Source of the DNA: Octopus sinensis
Lineage: Eukaryota
Assembly: GCF_006345805.1 (NCBI RefSeq)
Contig: NC_042997.1
Span: 97,526,001-97,590,000 of the forward strand
DNA length: 64,000 bases
Reading direction: 5' to 3'
Below, in pieces: positions 12,323 through 26,509 of the stretch. Made by a program: the position numbers and the translations under genes. The notes beneath the pieces are model-generated. The model was given only the letters and a program-made list of their open reading frames with translations. It was not told the origin of the DNA and made no database searches. Positions within the stretch are counted from its first letter, which is position 1, and every line of letters begins with the position of its first letter.

Positions 12323-12479
12323 GCATACGTACAGGGAGGGTGTTCTGGCAAAATTTGACGATTTTTTAAATGTCTCCCTTACTTTTTACAGGGACAGCTT
12401 GATGTATTTGTGAAAAGCCAACAGAGCTGGAGAGCATAAAGATTAAAGTTGTAGTTAAGAAAAACTTAGCTGACGTAGA

Positions 12480-15300
12480 GGATTGGAAACCATCTGAACA
12501 TTGGAAAAGAGATTCCTGTATTATGATGATTCACGCCGGGTATCAAAATGCCGAAACCATGACTGGTACTCAGTATCTGAACTTATAAGATGCAACAGGT
12601 GCGACAGGCATCTTTTCTCCATCCTTATTTTTCTTTTCATGTGGAACAGGAAAAACTCAACTAACTCACGGCTGGAGATAAAAATGCTTGTCACAATCCC
12701 TTCCACTCTCGTCTTCCACACTACCTCCTTCGCGGTCGCTACTACACAGAGGAAATAAGCCTGCTCTTCTCTATACAGGGAAGACGGTGGAACAATTTTA
12801 ATTGACAGTTGTACTCTTCTCAGATGTGACAGCAGTTGTTCGACATAAACCCAAAGTTCCGAAATCTTCGGACATTGCACGATTTCATGCAGAGCAGTTT
12901 CATTGTCCTGCATGCATCTTGGACAAGTTGGCGTGGATGAAGAACCATGCCTGAAGAATTTGTCCCGAACAGATAAAGCACCTCGATAATATTACCACGC
13001 CAGGGACTTCTGGAAATTATCCTAAGGCCCCGGCCCGAATATTCTTCGGTATAGGCTGGCAAGATGACCGTCATCGAAGCCTAGGGTTTCTCCTAGAGCG
13101 TCGTCACACTTGAACTCTACTGACCCTCTATAAAAGGACGAGGTGGACACCCACCACCGGTGTTGCCCACCTGGGAGAGAAGTACGACTGCCTGACGACA
13201 CTCTGCCTGCCAAGCTCCCAAATTTGGTCTACGCTTTATCCATGAGTCCAGTTCAGTAAACGAGGTGAACAGTCTGACAAACGGAGACCACACCTGTTCA
13301 CCGTCCAGGTACAGGCAGACAATCCCTAGCCCACCATTCAGCGGTTGTGAGCAGCAAATACAGCGCCTTACAAGAGGTCCCCTACCGCCTCACAAAAAAG
13401 CGGAGCATGCGTTCCAACTTGTTCAGCCACGAATCGGGGTAAAGCACGGTTGTCAGGCGGTCGGTAATTACACACCTGCAACCTCTGCTCTCCCTTTCAG
13501 GGATAGCTTCCGCTCAGACCAGGTCTGAGTTGGGAGAACCACCCTGCTCGACACCTCACTCCAGTTCTTCTCTATCTGGAGGTCTGGACCAAACTAGATC
13601 CCTAGCATTTTCACCGGTCCATCCGTCTAGCGACCCACGACGCTGTACGGGTTGCCAGCCGACCGATTTATCCCAGTTAATTTGTGCTCCTGTCACCACT
13701 TCGTAATCCTTTAGGGCCTCACCTACCTACTGTAGGTGTTCGAGCCAGGATACGATGACAGTGATGTGGTCTGCATATGCCGAAACTGATTTTCCGAACC
13801 CTAGATCTTGTGAGGTGCCTCTCATAACCTCCAACTTCAGCAGCAATGGCTCGAGAGCCAAAATGTAGAGAAGTGGGGAGAAAGGACACTCTGACGTACC
13901 GGTCGCTCAATGCAGAACGGTTGCTAAAAGAAACCGTTCACCCGAACTATCGATTCGATGTTGCTATTCAACGCGGCGAACGAGCCACGGAAGGTTGGGC
14001 CAAACCCGCCTGCTGCAAGGATCGTCGCCAGATACTGATGGTCAACCCTATCGAACGCTTTCGATTGGTCTAAATGGACCATACCCACCGCCCTTGCCAG
14101 GAATTCTATTAAGCCTCTCTAAGGTATAGCGTAGAAGGTAGAGATTGTCGTGAAACGACCTGCCAGGAATTGGGCATGTTTGCTCCTCCCCAACAAAACT
14201 ATGCACGACCCGCATCAACCTTTTTGCTAATACCTTGGCCCCAAATCTTCAGCTCTGCGTTAAGCAGAGTGATGGGCCTAAAATTATCACAAACTTGGGA
14301 ATACTTCCATTCTGATGCCAGTTGGCAAATAGTCGCACAGACAAGTCTGGCATGCTATTATACAGTTCGTAGGGGAGACCATCTAGTCCCGATGACTTGT
14401 CCCCGCTGCAGTCCGACAATGCTTCCTCCACCTCCGCAGCTGTGATCGGCCCTTCACAGCATTCCGCTTCCCGCCCCGAGTGACGTGGAAAACCGGCGAG
14501 GAAGTCTGCGAATTCTCCTTACGCTCCGGTCCGCCGCCCCTCCCGTTAGAGCTGGACGAAATGCCCGTGAAACAACTTGCACATCTCCTCGGGCTCGTTT
14601 ACTGAACGATCGTGTTGGTCCGTCAAAGAACTTATTGTTGCATTATTGCTACGTTGGCTCCTCTCTACCACGCAAGGCCATCCGGCGACGTTGATTTCTT
14701 GTTCCATTGCACGTAACCTAACCCTGACTATGCATCTTTCGTGTTTGGTTTTGAGATGTTGGTCGAGCGCCAATCTCGCTACTAAAACTCTGGATGCAGA
14801 GCCTGACCTCATTGCCTCTTTTTGGGACTTAACTAAGTCCCTTTCTATTCTATTTCTAGTACTAGCTAATTCCTTACTAAATCTGATTGACTCAAATTTA
14901 ATAGCTCTTTTGAGAGCATACCACCATTTGTTATTAATAATGGAACCGGTTAATGCCCTCATCACTAACTGTCTAATCCGGTCCCTGAAGTCTTCACAGT
15001 CCATGAGTAACTTGTTTAGCTTCCAGTAGCCGGATCCCTGTCAACACATACTATCTAGATCAAGCCTAGAGGTCACAAATTTATGATCACTGTAGTTGAC
15101 AATATGATGTTGCGTACAATTAACTATATTCTTGTCTTTAGTTCTAACAATAATCCTGTCAAGATAAGATCTGGACGACCCATCGTTATTTGCCCATGTT
15201 CACTATGGAACATCCGGGTGATCCAGTCTGAATCGGTCTGCCAGCTGAAAACGACTTAGCAGACCTTCTATCCGGGTTCGAGCCAACACAAACTACACGT
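12480..15300 (-). mobile_element. 5'-truncated, frameshifted Tx1/L1-clade LINE ORF2
   Basis: Collinear motifs SYLDRI, YSDHK, GYWKLN, KSSGLDGLPYE, DQSKAFDRVDH, SPLLYILALEPL, YADH, CPRC...H...C. Confidence 0.9.
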
Positions 15301-15574
15301 GCATCGCAAATTCACCTTACAACACTAAAAGTCACCTAACAACACTAAAGTGTGCGACGTTCCTAGAAAATTCTCTAGGTTAGGAGTGTGAAATGACGGC
15401 AAAGTTCAAGGGAAAAAAATTTAACTTCCCATTCTACACTTAATTGTGGTGCAATTACACGGGGGAGACAACTGGGTTCAAAATTAAATTCAATCATCCT
15501 AAAGTTAACTAAGCAAACTAAAGTTTAGTCAGGGGGATTTAAAAATTCGCTACTCCATTGTAGGATATGAGTAA

Positions 15575-15993
15575 CCTATTTCTTTACTATCCACAAGGGG
15601 CTAAACATAGAGGGGACAAACAAGGACAGACAAACGGATTAAGTCGATTATATCAACCCCAGTGCATAACTCGTACTTAATTTATTGACCCCGAAAGGAT
15701 GAAAGGTAAAGTCGACCTCGGCGGAATTTGAACTCAGAACGTAGCGGCAGACGGAATACCTATTTCTTTACTACCCACTAGGGGCTACACACAGAGGGGA
15801 CAAACAAGGACAGGCAAACGGATTAAGTCGATTACATCGACCCCAGTACGTAACTGGTACTTAATTTATCGACCCCGAAAGGATGAAAGGCAAAGTCGAC
15901 CTCGGCGGAATTTGAATTCAGAATGTAACGGCAGACGAAATACGGCTACGCATTTCGCCCGGCATGCTAACGTTTCTGCCAGATCGCCGCCTT
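15575..15993 (-). mobile_element. Meta-like SINE dimer (one head, two bodies)
   Basis: Junction at 15759/15760; a single 14-bp TSD GGATATGAGTAACC flanks the whole dimer. Confidence 0.9.
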
Positions 15994-18194
15994 GAAATGG
16001 ATATGAGTAACCGATGCATCAACTTTCGTTTAAATTCACTGTTATTTTCAGAAGTTAAAATGCTTTGCTGCGAACATAATATGAACTTTAAAAGTGGACC
16101 AAAGGGGCTCACTACCCTCCCTAGGAGGTTCCCTTGTAGAATTCAAGGGATAACGAATGTGCGGTACTTTATCTTATGGCAGGCAATAACCATAATAAAA
16201 TCCCGGGATTCTGATGTTTTATTGTGGCAGTTTGAACTTTTATGGGTTAATGATTCAGGCTCATTGTCCCCGAGAAGGTCCTCTTGCTGAATTGAAATGG
16301 AAGTTAAAATGTGCCTCATTATAACTTCATCTGTAGTAAACGAATAACAACCGAGTCAAAATTCATTTTATGGGACTACCACTTATCGAAGCTATGATCC
16401 TTTGCGGCATTACAATAGCCAAATTCAATAAATAACTCAGCGTGGCTTACTGCTCCTTGGGGGACCCCTTGCTTGTTCCAGGTATAGACAGTGTCTTCAA
16501 CATCATTTTTAGACAACGGGTAACCAATGTGTCCCGTAAAGTTAAAATCGAACGTAAACTGCAATAGATAAGTCGAAGGGGCTTAGTGCCCACCCCCAGG
16601 GGTCCCCTTGATAAGTTCAAGTAAAACTTCACGTGCTCACCTTCCTCTGTGAGCCATGGGTAATCAATACGTCTCGTTTCGTGAAAACCAAACGCCAACT
16701 CAAAAAGTTATGACGTTTTGTTGCATTGATGATATCAACTTCAACATTCATCAAAATCGGTTAACTGCCTCCCCAAGTGATCCCCTACCTGAATTTCTGC
16801 CCAAATGCATGTCTGCAACTTTATTTGTAGGCCATAAGCAAACAAAAGATTGATTTTGGTGAAGATGGGCGGTAAACTGCAGGAATTAAGAGGCCTTTAT
16901 GCAGTAGCATTTCTGACTCCAAGAGAGAGGCTTGAGAGGTTATCTGCGTAATAGGACTTCAGAAACCTATGTATAAAATTTGGTGGGTGCAAATCGGTTG
17001 TAAAATGTAGAAATGCACACAGATACATCTGTATCTGTATATCTATAAAAGGCAGGATGTATGTGTGTGTGTGTACGGGAATGTAATTTATGCATGTCCA
17101 CAAATTAGCACGCATGTCGTTCCAATTTTATAAGGACATTAACTGGTACTTAATTTATCGACCCCGAAAGGATGAAAGTTATGAGGACGCAACTTGACTG
17201 GCTCTATCTTATGCCACATACCACCTTGCAGATAGGAGCACACCACAGAAGATGCTGGCCTTTACACACCATCTATTTTATTTATCATTCCATTGTGTAT
17301 ATACGTGTGGCCACAATAAACGTGTTTAAAGTTACTACCTTGCTTACATATGTTTTTCGTCCGGGTTTACTACCAGCGAGATTACAGCCTTCTGAGAGAC
17401 ATGTTAGGTGGCTTAACGACGACCCACACCATCTAAATGCTATTTAACACATTAGTTACTTTACCTTTGTCTGTCTTCCCTATCTGTATATACCTAAATA
17501 TCTATGTGCTTGTTCGAATGTGGCCAATGGATTTAGTAGTTGCTGACTCACAACCTATGTATTAACATATTCATGGGTTGCCTTTACATCTTACAGACCT
17601 ACAGAAACTATGTCTGCAAATGTCTGTCGTATAAGAGAATAATTAAAACAACACTGTTACCTAGCAATATGATTTGTACATTTTCTGAAGACAGAAAACA
17701 ATGTTATCTGCTGATTTACTCTTTTGTTTTATGATTATCATTTCCTCTATTCCTCTTCATATGTATTGATCGGTGGAATTAAATTGTTTTATTCTGTGTT
17801 TATAATTAAAATTTTTTTTCTGTCTTGGTTCACTTGTGATATGCAAATATATTCATATGAACACACCTGCTGGCTATATGTATAAATTCGTCATAATACA
17901 CATGTATTATATGTAGAATTTTGATGAGCTGACATTTAATTGTATCGATGTAATGATAGTTGTTTATATTATATAATTGCTATATTATATATAGCAATAC
18001 ACATGAGTTCGAATGTTGGTGAAACAATAGTAAATTTATGTAATAAAATTAATTTGGTCACGCGACAATCCTTATTAATTATGTGTGTGTGTGTGAGTGT
18101 GTGTGTGCATCTTTTATTTTATATGTATTTTTATATATATTTTTTCTTATATATGTGTGTGTGTGCATACACACACACATATATCTTTTGTATT

Positions 18195-18585
18195 TTCCTT
18201 GTTTGAGTCATAAAGCTGGGCCATGCTGGAGCACCGCCTTGAAGAATTTTTAGTCGAATTAATCTACCCCAGTACTTATATTTTTTCAAAGCCCGCAACT
18301 TATACTTTCGGACTTTTTTGCCGAACCGCTAAGTTACGGGGACGTAAACGCACCAACACCAGTTTTCAAGTGGTAGTGGGGTTACAAACACACACACACA
18401 GACACGCACACACACACACACACATGACGGGCTTGTTTCAGTTTTCGTCTCAAATCCCAAATCCACTTACAAGGCTTTGGTCGGCCCGAGGCTGCAGTAG
18501 AAGACACTTGCCCAAGATGCCACACAGTAGGACTGAATCCGGAACCATGTATTGGGAAGCAAGCATTTTACCACACACCCGGCAG
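18195..18585 (-). mobile_element. CORE-type SINE
   Basis: Family match with internal (CA)n. Confidence 0.8.
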
Positions 18586-19413
18586 TCTTTAGACCCTACT
18601 TTACGTGTATGTACTATAGGAGTGCCGTAATACTGCAGTATTTGCCCTGAGAAAATATCTCGTCTAGTGCATAAAAGCACAGGGGTATCCATAGCAGACG
18701 TGAAATATCCAGCATCAATAGCAGAACAACTGTATCACGCAATTTCGGCGTTTTGCGCCACGTCAGTAACTAAGATTTTATAAACTTTCGAGAGAATGTG
18801 AAATAATTCGTTTTTGGAGCAGTGGATCTCGAAGCATACTTAAAGCTATTAATAATAGCGTATAAATTTCAGATTTCTATCTCCTATGTTCATTAACAAA
18901 CTATTTATCTGCCGGTGCTATAGTAGAAGAAACTTGCTCAAGGTATCGCGCAGCGGGTCTGAATCAAAGACCACATGGTCAGGAAACAAGCTTCATAACC
19001 ATAGAGTCACGCCAGCACTTATATAATGAAAAAGTTTCAATACGGATTGTGAAAACAGACCCTTTAACGATTGTATACACCGAATAAATGATAGGAAGAA
19101 AAGTAATTATTATTAATTGGTTGAAATGGTCCTTTTTTTTTATCGTTACACTGTAAGATACAACTTCTTCGAGCTGCTGTTTCATTATTTGCCTTTCTGT
19201 TGTCCATTCTTTTGGTAGTTAATTGTGGATGACTGCTAGAAAGACGGATGAAAGAAGGAGAAAAAAGGAAGAGAGAGTCTATCTCTCTCGGCTGACAAGA
19301 AGACAATGGGAAAGTGGTATTATCATGCGATGACAACCCATAAGTGAAGAGAGAGAAATAGCTGCTCTTCGGTTTGGCGCCAAGTGAACAGATAGAACCG
19401 ATTCTAGGTTCTT

Positions 19414-20288
19414 AAGGCGGCGAGCTGGCAGAACCGTTAGCACGCCGGGCGAAATGCGTAGCCGTATTTCGTCTGCCGTTACGTTCTGAGTTCAAATTCC
19501 GCCGAGGTCGACTTTGCCTTTCATCCTTTTGGGGTCGATAAATTAAGTACCAGTTACGGGATCTTTTCCTTTTGAACAGCATATGTCAACACAATTTCTA
19601 GTTAACTAAACACTTTTAAACTTCGTATACTGGTAGAATGTGTTTATAAAACATCATTTTCTCTTGGTTTTATTGAGAAAATTCTATAGTTTGTAAGATA
19701 TTTCGTCTGAAAATCCGAGCATTTCGGCAATTTTACCCAATCGATTACCTCCATTCAACTAAAATCATTTGCTGCGTCTAAAACTGAGACAACATCCTGT
19801 AACTAACCCTAAACCTCCCCCCTAACCCTAACCCTAAATTTTTTTTCTTAATTGTTAAATTAAATTAATTCCATTGCTTTAGTTTTTTTTACACGCGTAA
19901 CAATTAAATTAATTTAACAATTGAGAAAAAAAAAATTTCGGGTTTTGTGGGGAGGTTTAGGGTTAGTTACAGGATGTTATCTCAGTTTTAGACGCAGCAA
20001 ATGATTTTAGCTCGAAAGAGAGCATAGGATTGGTTAAAATTCGAAAACTTCAACTACGTTAAACAAACAAATAACAATTTTCTCAAGAAAGCAAGAGAAA
20101 AAAAAATGTTTTATTTTGACACATTCTACCAGTATACGAAGTTTTAAAGTGTTTAGTTAACTAGAAATTGTCTGCCGTTCAAAAGGAAAAGATCCCAGGT
20201 ACGCACTGGGGTCGATGTAATCGACTTAATCCGTTTGTCTGTCCTTGTTTGTCCCCTCTATGTTTAGCCCCTTGTGGGTAATAAAGAA
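19414..20288 (+). mobile_element. Meta-like SINE split by a MITE
   Basis: 27-bp TSD AACAGATAGAACCGATTCTAGGTTCTT (19387-19413 and 20288-20314); the body resumes after the MITE. Confidence 0.9.
19559..20195. mobile_element. Merlin-like fold-back MITE (637 bp) with CCCTAA repeats
   Basis: TIR GGATCTTTTCCTTTTGAAC; arms complementary over most of the length; 8-bp TSD CAGTTACG/CAGGTACG. Confidence 0.85.
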
Positions 20289-20606
20289 ACAGATAGAACC
20301 GATTCTAGGTTCTTTAGTTATACTTTTTTTCTGACTAAATTAAGTCAAGCCAGACAAAGGACTTCCCGTCTCATATCTGCCTGAACCCTAGTTAACCTGC
20401 AAATGTAAATTTAAACAATAGAACTGAACTAAGTGTGGTACTTGACTTTCATAAATTTCTCAGCGCAAAATCCGAGAAAAAAAATGTAGATTCGGTTTCG
20501 AATCCTGGCTTCGAATCTAGGAAGATATTCCTCACAACCTTGTTTGTCGTCGTCTCGTTTTGCAGATTTCTATTTATCTACTACACCAACCATTCGTACT
20601 ATAAAT

Positions 20607-20985
20607 GTGGAGGCGCAATGGCCCAGTGGTTAGGGCAGCGGACTCGCGGTCGTAGGATCGCGGTTTTGATTCCCAGACCGAGCGTTGTGAGTGTTTATTG
20701 AGCGAAAACACCTAAAGCTCCACGATGCTCCGGCAGGGATGGTGGTGATCCCTGTGTACTCTTTCACTACAACTTTCTCTTACTTCCTGTTTCAGTTGTG
20801 CCTGTATTTCAAAGGGCCAGCCTTGTCACTCTCTGTGTCACGCTGAATATCCCCGAGAACTGCGTTAAGGGTACACGTGTCTGTGGAGTGCTCAGCCACT
20901 TACACGTTAATTTCACGAGCAGGCTGTTCCGCTGATCGGATCAACCAGAACCCTCGTCGTCGTAACCGACGGACTGCTTCCATTT
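20607..20985 (+). mobile_element. Full-length OK-like SINE
   Basis: Near-identical to 7335-7713; TSD ACTATAAATGT. Confidence 0.9.
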
Positions 20986-21551
20986 CCACTATAAATGTTT
21001 ACAGCAAATTATTTTAATTCACTGAAACATTGGTATATTGTTTGCATGAATCTTTCCGGTAATAATACTCTGTGAAATTGTTAATGTAATCGACTAAAGC
21101 TGCCTCCTTCCCCACTGAAAGCAGAAAAAAAAATGTGTAGCCTCGCGCTGCTGTCATTGATATTGTTTTTGTTCCCAGTGAAATTAGTTATTTTATGTTG
21201 TTCTACTTGAATTAAGTATCTGATTGCTTCTAATTTCACGTGCACTCTTTTCCCTCATTGTAGTCTTTAATAACAAATAGTTTTGCTCCTGACATTCTAC
21301 TTTTTGTATCCTTTAATGTTAGCAGATAATTTCTTTCATTTGTCATTTACTATTATTAATTAGATTTATATACTTCATGCTTCTAATGTCAGCTCTGAGT
21401 TAAATATTCCTATAGCTACATTTTGTATCTTGCAGAGGCTGCACGTTGACAGATTCATTAGTACAGCAAGCAAAATGTTCTGCAGCATTTTCCATTTATT
21501 TATTTATTTATTTATTGTTTGTTTGTTTGTTTGTTTGTTTATTTATTTATT

Positions 21552-21948
21552 TAGTGGCTGTGTGGTAAGTAGCTTGCTTTCCAACCACATGGTTCCGGGT
21601 TCAGTCCCACTGCGTGACATCTTGGGCAAGTGTCTTCTACTATAGCCTCGGGCCGACCAAAGCCTTGTGAGTGGATTTGGTAGACGGAAACTGAAAGAAG
21701 CCCGTCGTATATATGTATATATATATATATATGTTTGTGTGTCTGTGTTTGTCCCCCTAGCATTGCTTGACAACCGATGCTGGTGTGTTTACGTCCCCGT
21801 AACTTAGCGGTTCGGCAAAAAAAGAGACCGATAGAATAAGTACTGGGCTTACAAAGAATAAGTCCCGGGGTCGATTTGCTCGACTAAAGGTGGTGCTCCA
21901 GCATGGCCACAGTCAAATGACTGAAACAATTAAAAGAGTAAAAGAGTA
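21552..21948 (+). mobile_element. Full-length CORE-type SINE
   Basis: tRNA-like head, CORE-like CTTGGGCAAGTGTCTTCTACTATAGCCTCGG, internal (TA/TG)n, AAAAGAGT tail. Confidence 0.9.
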
Positions 21949-22274
21949 TCTTTACATTCTGAGTTCAAATGCCACTCAGGTCGACTTTGTCAAACACTCG
22001 GACTGATTACACCGACCCCGCCTTTCGAAATTTCAGGCTTTGTACGTATAGCAGAAAGGATATTTGTACAATGTATGTTTTCTGTAATCAACCATTTTCT
22101 CTTTTCCTTCCTTTTCTTTTTTCTTCTTTTCTTTTTTCTATTTATTTTTGTCAAGACAATTTCGTTTGCTCTTTAATTTCGGAAGTAAACTGCTGCACCA
22201 CTATGAGGGCTGAGATGAATCTTGTATTTCTCACCCACCCATTTATTTTTTCATTTGTTTTGTTTTTCGTTTAA

Positions 22275-23410
<1,136 letters not shown>

Positions 23411-23736
23411 TATGTATAACTTTTTCACTATTTAGTCAGGGAGAGAAGGATATCGCTCAAGGCGCTTTATGATAATTTTTCAGAAACTCCGAGACTGGTG
23501 AAGAAAAACCGGGGACTATCTTTAAACCGAATATTTGCATTAGAATGGAAACCGCTAAAAGCAGCTAGTGGTATTAAACTGGATTAAGTCTATTACTCAT
23601 GTATATCTAAATATATGGAACTGAAATACTATAAAGTCATTTTCTATCACCACCTATTCTACTCTCTCTAGTTAATTCATACCCCACAGAGCTTCTCATA
23701 TAAATCATCTTTTAAAGGTATGAAACTGGAAATGTA

Positions 23737-23802
<66 letters not shown>

Positions 23803-23844
23803 GACAGAGTAAGAGGGAGGGAGGGAGAGGGAGAGACAGTAAGT

Positions 23845-24190
23845 CTATTTTGTCAAACTTCTAAGTTCCGGGGACGTAAACACACCAACACCAGTTGTGA
23901 AATGATGGTGAGGACAAACACAGACATAGACAGACAGACACACACACACACATACACACATACATACATACATACATACATACATACATACATACATACA
24001 TACATACATACATACATACATACATACATACATACATACATACTTCCCGTCTCATATCTGACGGGTTTCTTTCAGTTTCCGTCTACCAAATCCACTCACA
24101 AGGCTTGGTCGGCCTGAGGCTATAAGTAGAAAATACTTGCCCCAAGGTGCCATGCAGTGGAACTAAACCGGAACCATGTGGTTGGGAAAA
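23845..24190 (-). mobile_element. CORE-type SINE with expanded (TACA)n
   Basis: Family match. Confidence 0.75.
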
Positions 24191-24585
24191 ATGACATTGG
24201 AAAGAAGAGGTGAAAATTCACCGAGTTACAGAGAGAAGTATGAATTAAGTAAAATGGCTTAACGGAAACACAGACTGTATAGCAAAGAAGTATTTCCAAG
24301 ACTTCACTGACATTCTATGACGCAGCTACTCGAAAAGAAACAATCAGTTTTGATAGAAAAGGAAATACTCAAAAGGGACAACGACGCATTCAACATTTTA
24401 TTTCTATTCGTAAAACTAATAAAAAAAAAAGACATTTTAAGTTCTTTTATATTGCATCAATGTCGTTAAATTCTTGAAAGAGAATTATTCTCAAAAATTG
24501 GAAAAATTCTGAAATAAAATATTTGTGATCATTGAAGGGCAACGAGCTGGCAGAATCGTTTGCATGCCGAACAAAAATGCTTAGT

Positions 24586-24976
24586 ACATTATTTAGATTA
24601 TTTACATTCGACGGATATTTGTCCTCATCTTGTTCGTTGTTAACACAACGTTTCGGCTGATATTCGGCTGATATTCTAACACAACGTTTCGGCTGATATG
24701 GCGTAATGGTTAAGAGCGCGGGCTAATAACCCCAAGATTCCGATTTCGATTCCAAGCAGTGACCTGAACAATAATAATAATAATAATAATAACATTGAAA
24801 AATACCTTAGGAATGAGAACCCAGGTTCAAAATTTTCCCAAGACACCTGAAGAAGGTTGGAGGGTATATCAGCCGAAACGTTGTATTAACAACAAACAAG
24901 ATGAGGACAAATATCCGTCGAATGTAAATAATGTAAATAATGTACATAATTCCAAATCTCTTAAATAAAGAACTGT
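24586..24976 (+). mobile_element. tRNA-headed, hammerhead-bearing non-autonomous retroelement with Penelope-like inverted terminal duplication
   Basis: 13-bp TSD; 78-bp inverted repeat (24586-24663 vs 24866-24943); A box TGGCGTAATGG; B-box-like TTCGATTCC; (AAT)n linker. Confidence 0.75.
24842..24887 (+). ncRNA. Minimal type-I hammerhead ribozyme-like motif
   Basis: GACAC-CUGAAGA-A-GGUUG/CAGCC-GAAA-CGU-U-GUAUU; palindromic ACGU helix III; the inverted copy has GUGUU, which fully pairs helix I. Confidence 0.65.
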
Positions 24977-25352
24977 AAAAATGCTTAGTGTTCTGAGTTC
25001 AAATTCCACTGAAGTCGACTTTGCTTTTCATCCTTTTGGGGTCGATAAAATAAGTACCATCCGAGCACTGTGGTCGATTCAATCGACTAGCCCCCTCCCC
25101 CAAATTGCTGGCCTTGTGCCAAAATTTGAAATTAACATCTGTGATTAATGGTGATAGTTTTATCGACAGTATTATTATGGTTTTCTATCAAAATACAGTT
25201 GACATTAAAAAAATTCCGACTCAGATATTTTTCGGTTGAACCAAAGACCACATTTCTTTAAGTGAGCGCAAGCATATTTGATGTAGCAAACCAAGAAGCT
25301 TCTATCTCCGCATTTTTCAACTATAATTAGTGATATAGACAATGATTGTTCT

Positions 25353-25769
25353 TGTTTCTTTATTACCCACAAGCGGTTAAACATAGAGGGGACAAACAAG
25401 GACAGATAAACGGATTAAGTCGATTACATCGACCCCAGTGCATAACTGGTACTTATTTAATCGACCCCGAAAGGATGAAAGGAAAAGTCAACCTCGGCGG
25501 AATTTGAACTCAGAACATAGTGGCAGACGAAATACCTATTTCTTTACTACCCACAAGGAGCTAAACACAGAGAGGATAAACAAGGACAGACAAACGGATT
25601 AAGTCGATTATATCGACACCAGTGCGTAACTAGTGCTTATTTAATCGACCCCGAAAGGATGAAAGGCAAAGTCGACCTCGGCGGAATTTGAACTCAGAAC
25701 GTAACGGCAGACGAAATACGGCTACGCATTTCGTCCGGTGCGCTTTCGATTCTACCGGTTCGCCGCCTT
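25353..25769 (-). mobile_element. Meta-like SINE dimer
   Basis: Junction at 25535/25536; TSD TGATTGTTCT flanks the dimer. Confidence 0.9.
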
Positions 25770-26142
25770 TGATTGTTCTCATCACTAAGGATGTAGTTTT
25801 TTTTTAATAATTAAAATGTCTACGTTAGGCAAAAGAAATCGATGGAATAAGTACCAAATTTTAAAATTAGTTCTGCAGTAGATCTGTTCGACCAAACCCT
25901 TCAAAGCGGTGTCTCAGCATTGGTCACAGTTCAATGATTGAAACAAATAAAGATAAAGGCGAAGATTTTAAAGTTTTTAGGCAGTAGTATCTGCAATGTC
26001 AGATATATTTTTTTACTGACAGAGTATTCCTGTAATTTTGTGAGAACATGGGAGAATCGTGGTAAACTCTGACAAACTAAACTCGTGAGACATGCACTAA
26101 CACAACGTATCTGTAATTTCGAGACATAATATTTAGCTCCTG

Positions 26143-26360
26143 AAAGGCGGTGAGCAGGTAGAATCGTTAGCACGTCGGGCAAAATGCTTAGCGTCATTTC
26201 GTCTGCCTTTACGTTCTGAGTTCAAATTCTACCAAGGTCGACTTTACCTTTCATCCTTTCGGGTCAATAAAGTAAGAACCAGTTGACTACTGGGGGTCCA
26301 TGTAATCGACTTACCCTCTCCCCAAAATTTTCAGGCCTTGTGCCAAAATTTGAAACCAGT
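26143..26360 (+). mobile_element. Meta-like SINE with variant tail
   Basis: Family match. Confidence 0.8.
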
Positions 26361-26509
26361 ATTTAACTCCAGCTCTATACCTTGTTCAAGTTTACATACA
26401 CCTGGAAATATCTTGACTTTTCCCTTTTCATACTGAGAACTTAGTAAAGTTTAGAAAAGTTCCCACCGTAAAAGTGTGTGTGTGTGTGTATAAACACACA
26501 CACAAGTTT

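Larger units (their letters stand above)
24535..25135 (+). mobile_element. Meta-like SINE with variant tail, host of the insertion at 24586
   Basis: Head stops at AAAAATGCTTAGT and resumes after the repeat of that 13-mer at 24977-24989. Confidence 0.8.

Noticed and set aside
14577-15029. 150-aa plus-strand ORF
   Set aside because: It is antisense to Tx1 ORF2.
16420-16470. SHAE as a deaminase HxE motif
   Set aside because: No downstream PCxxC in any frame.
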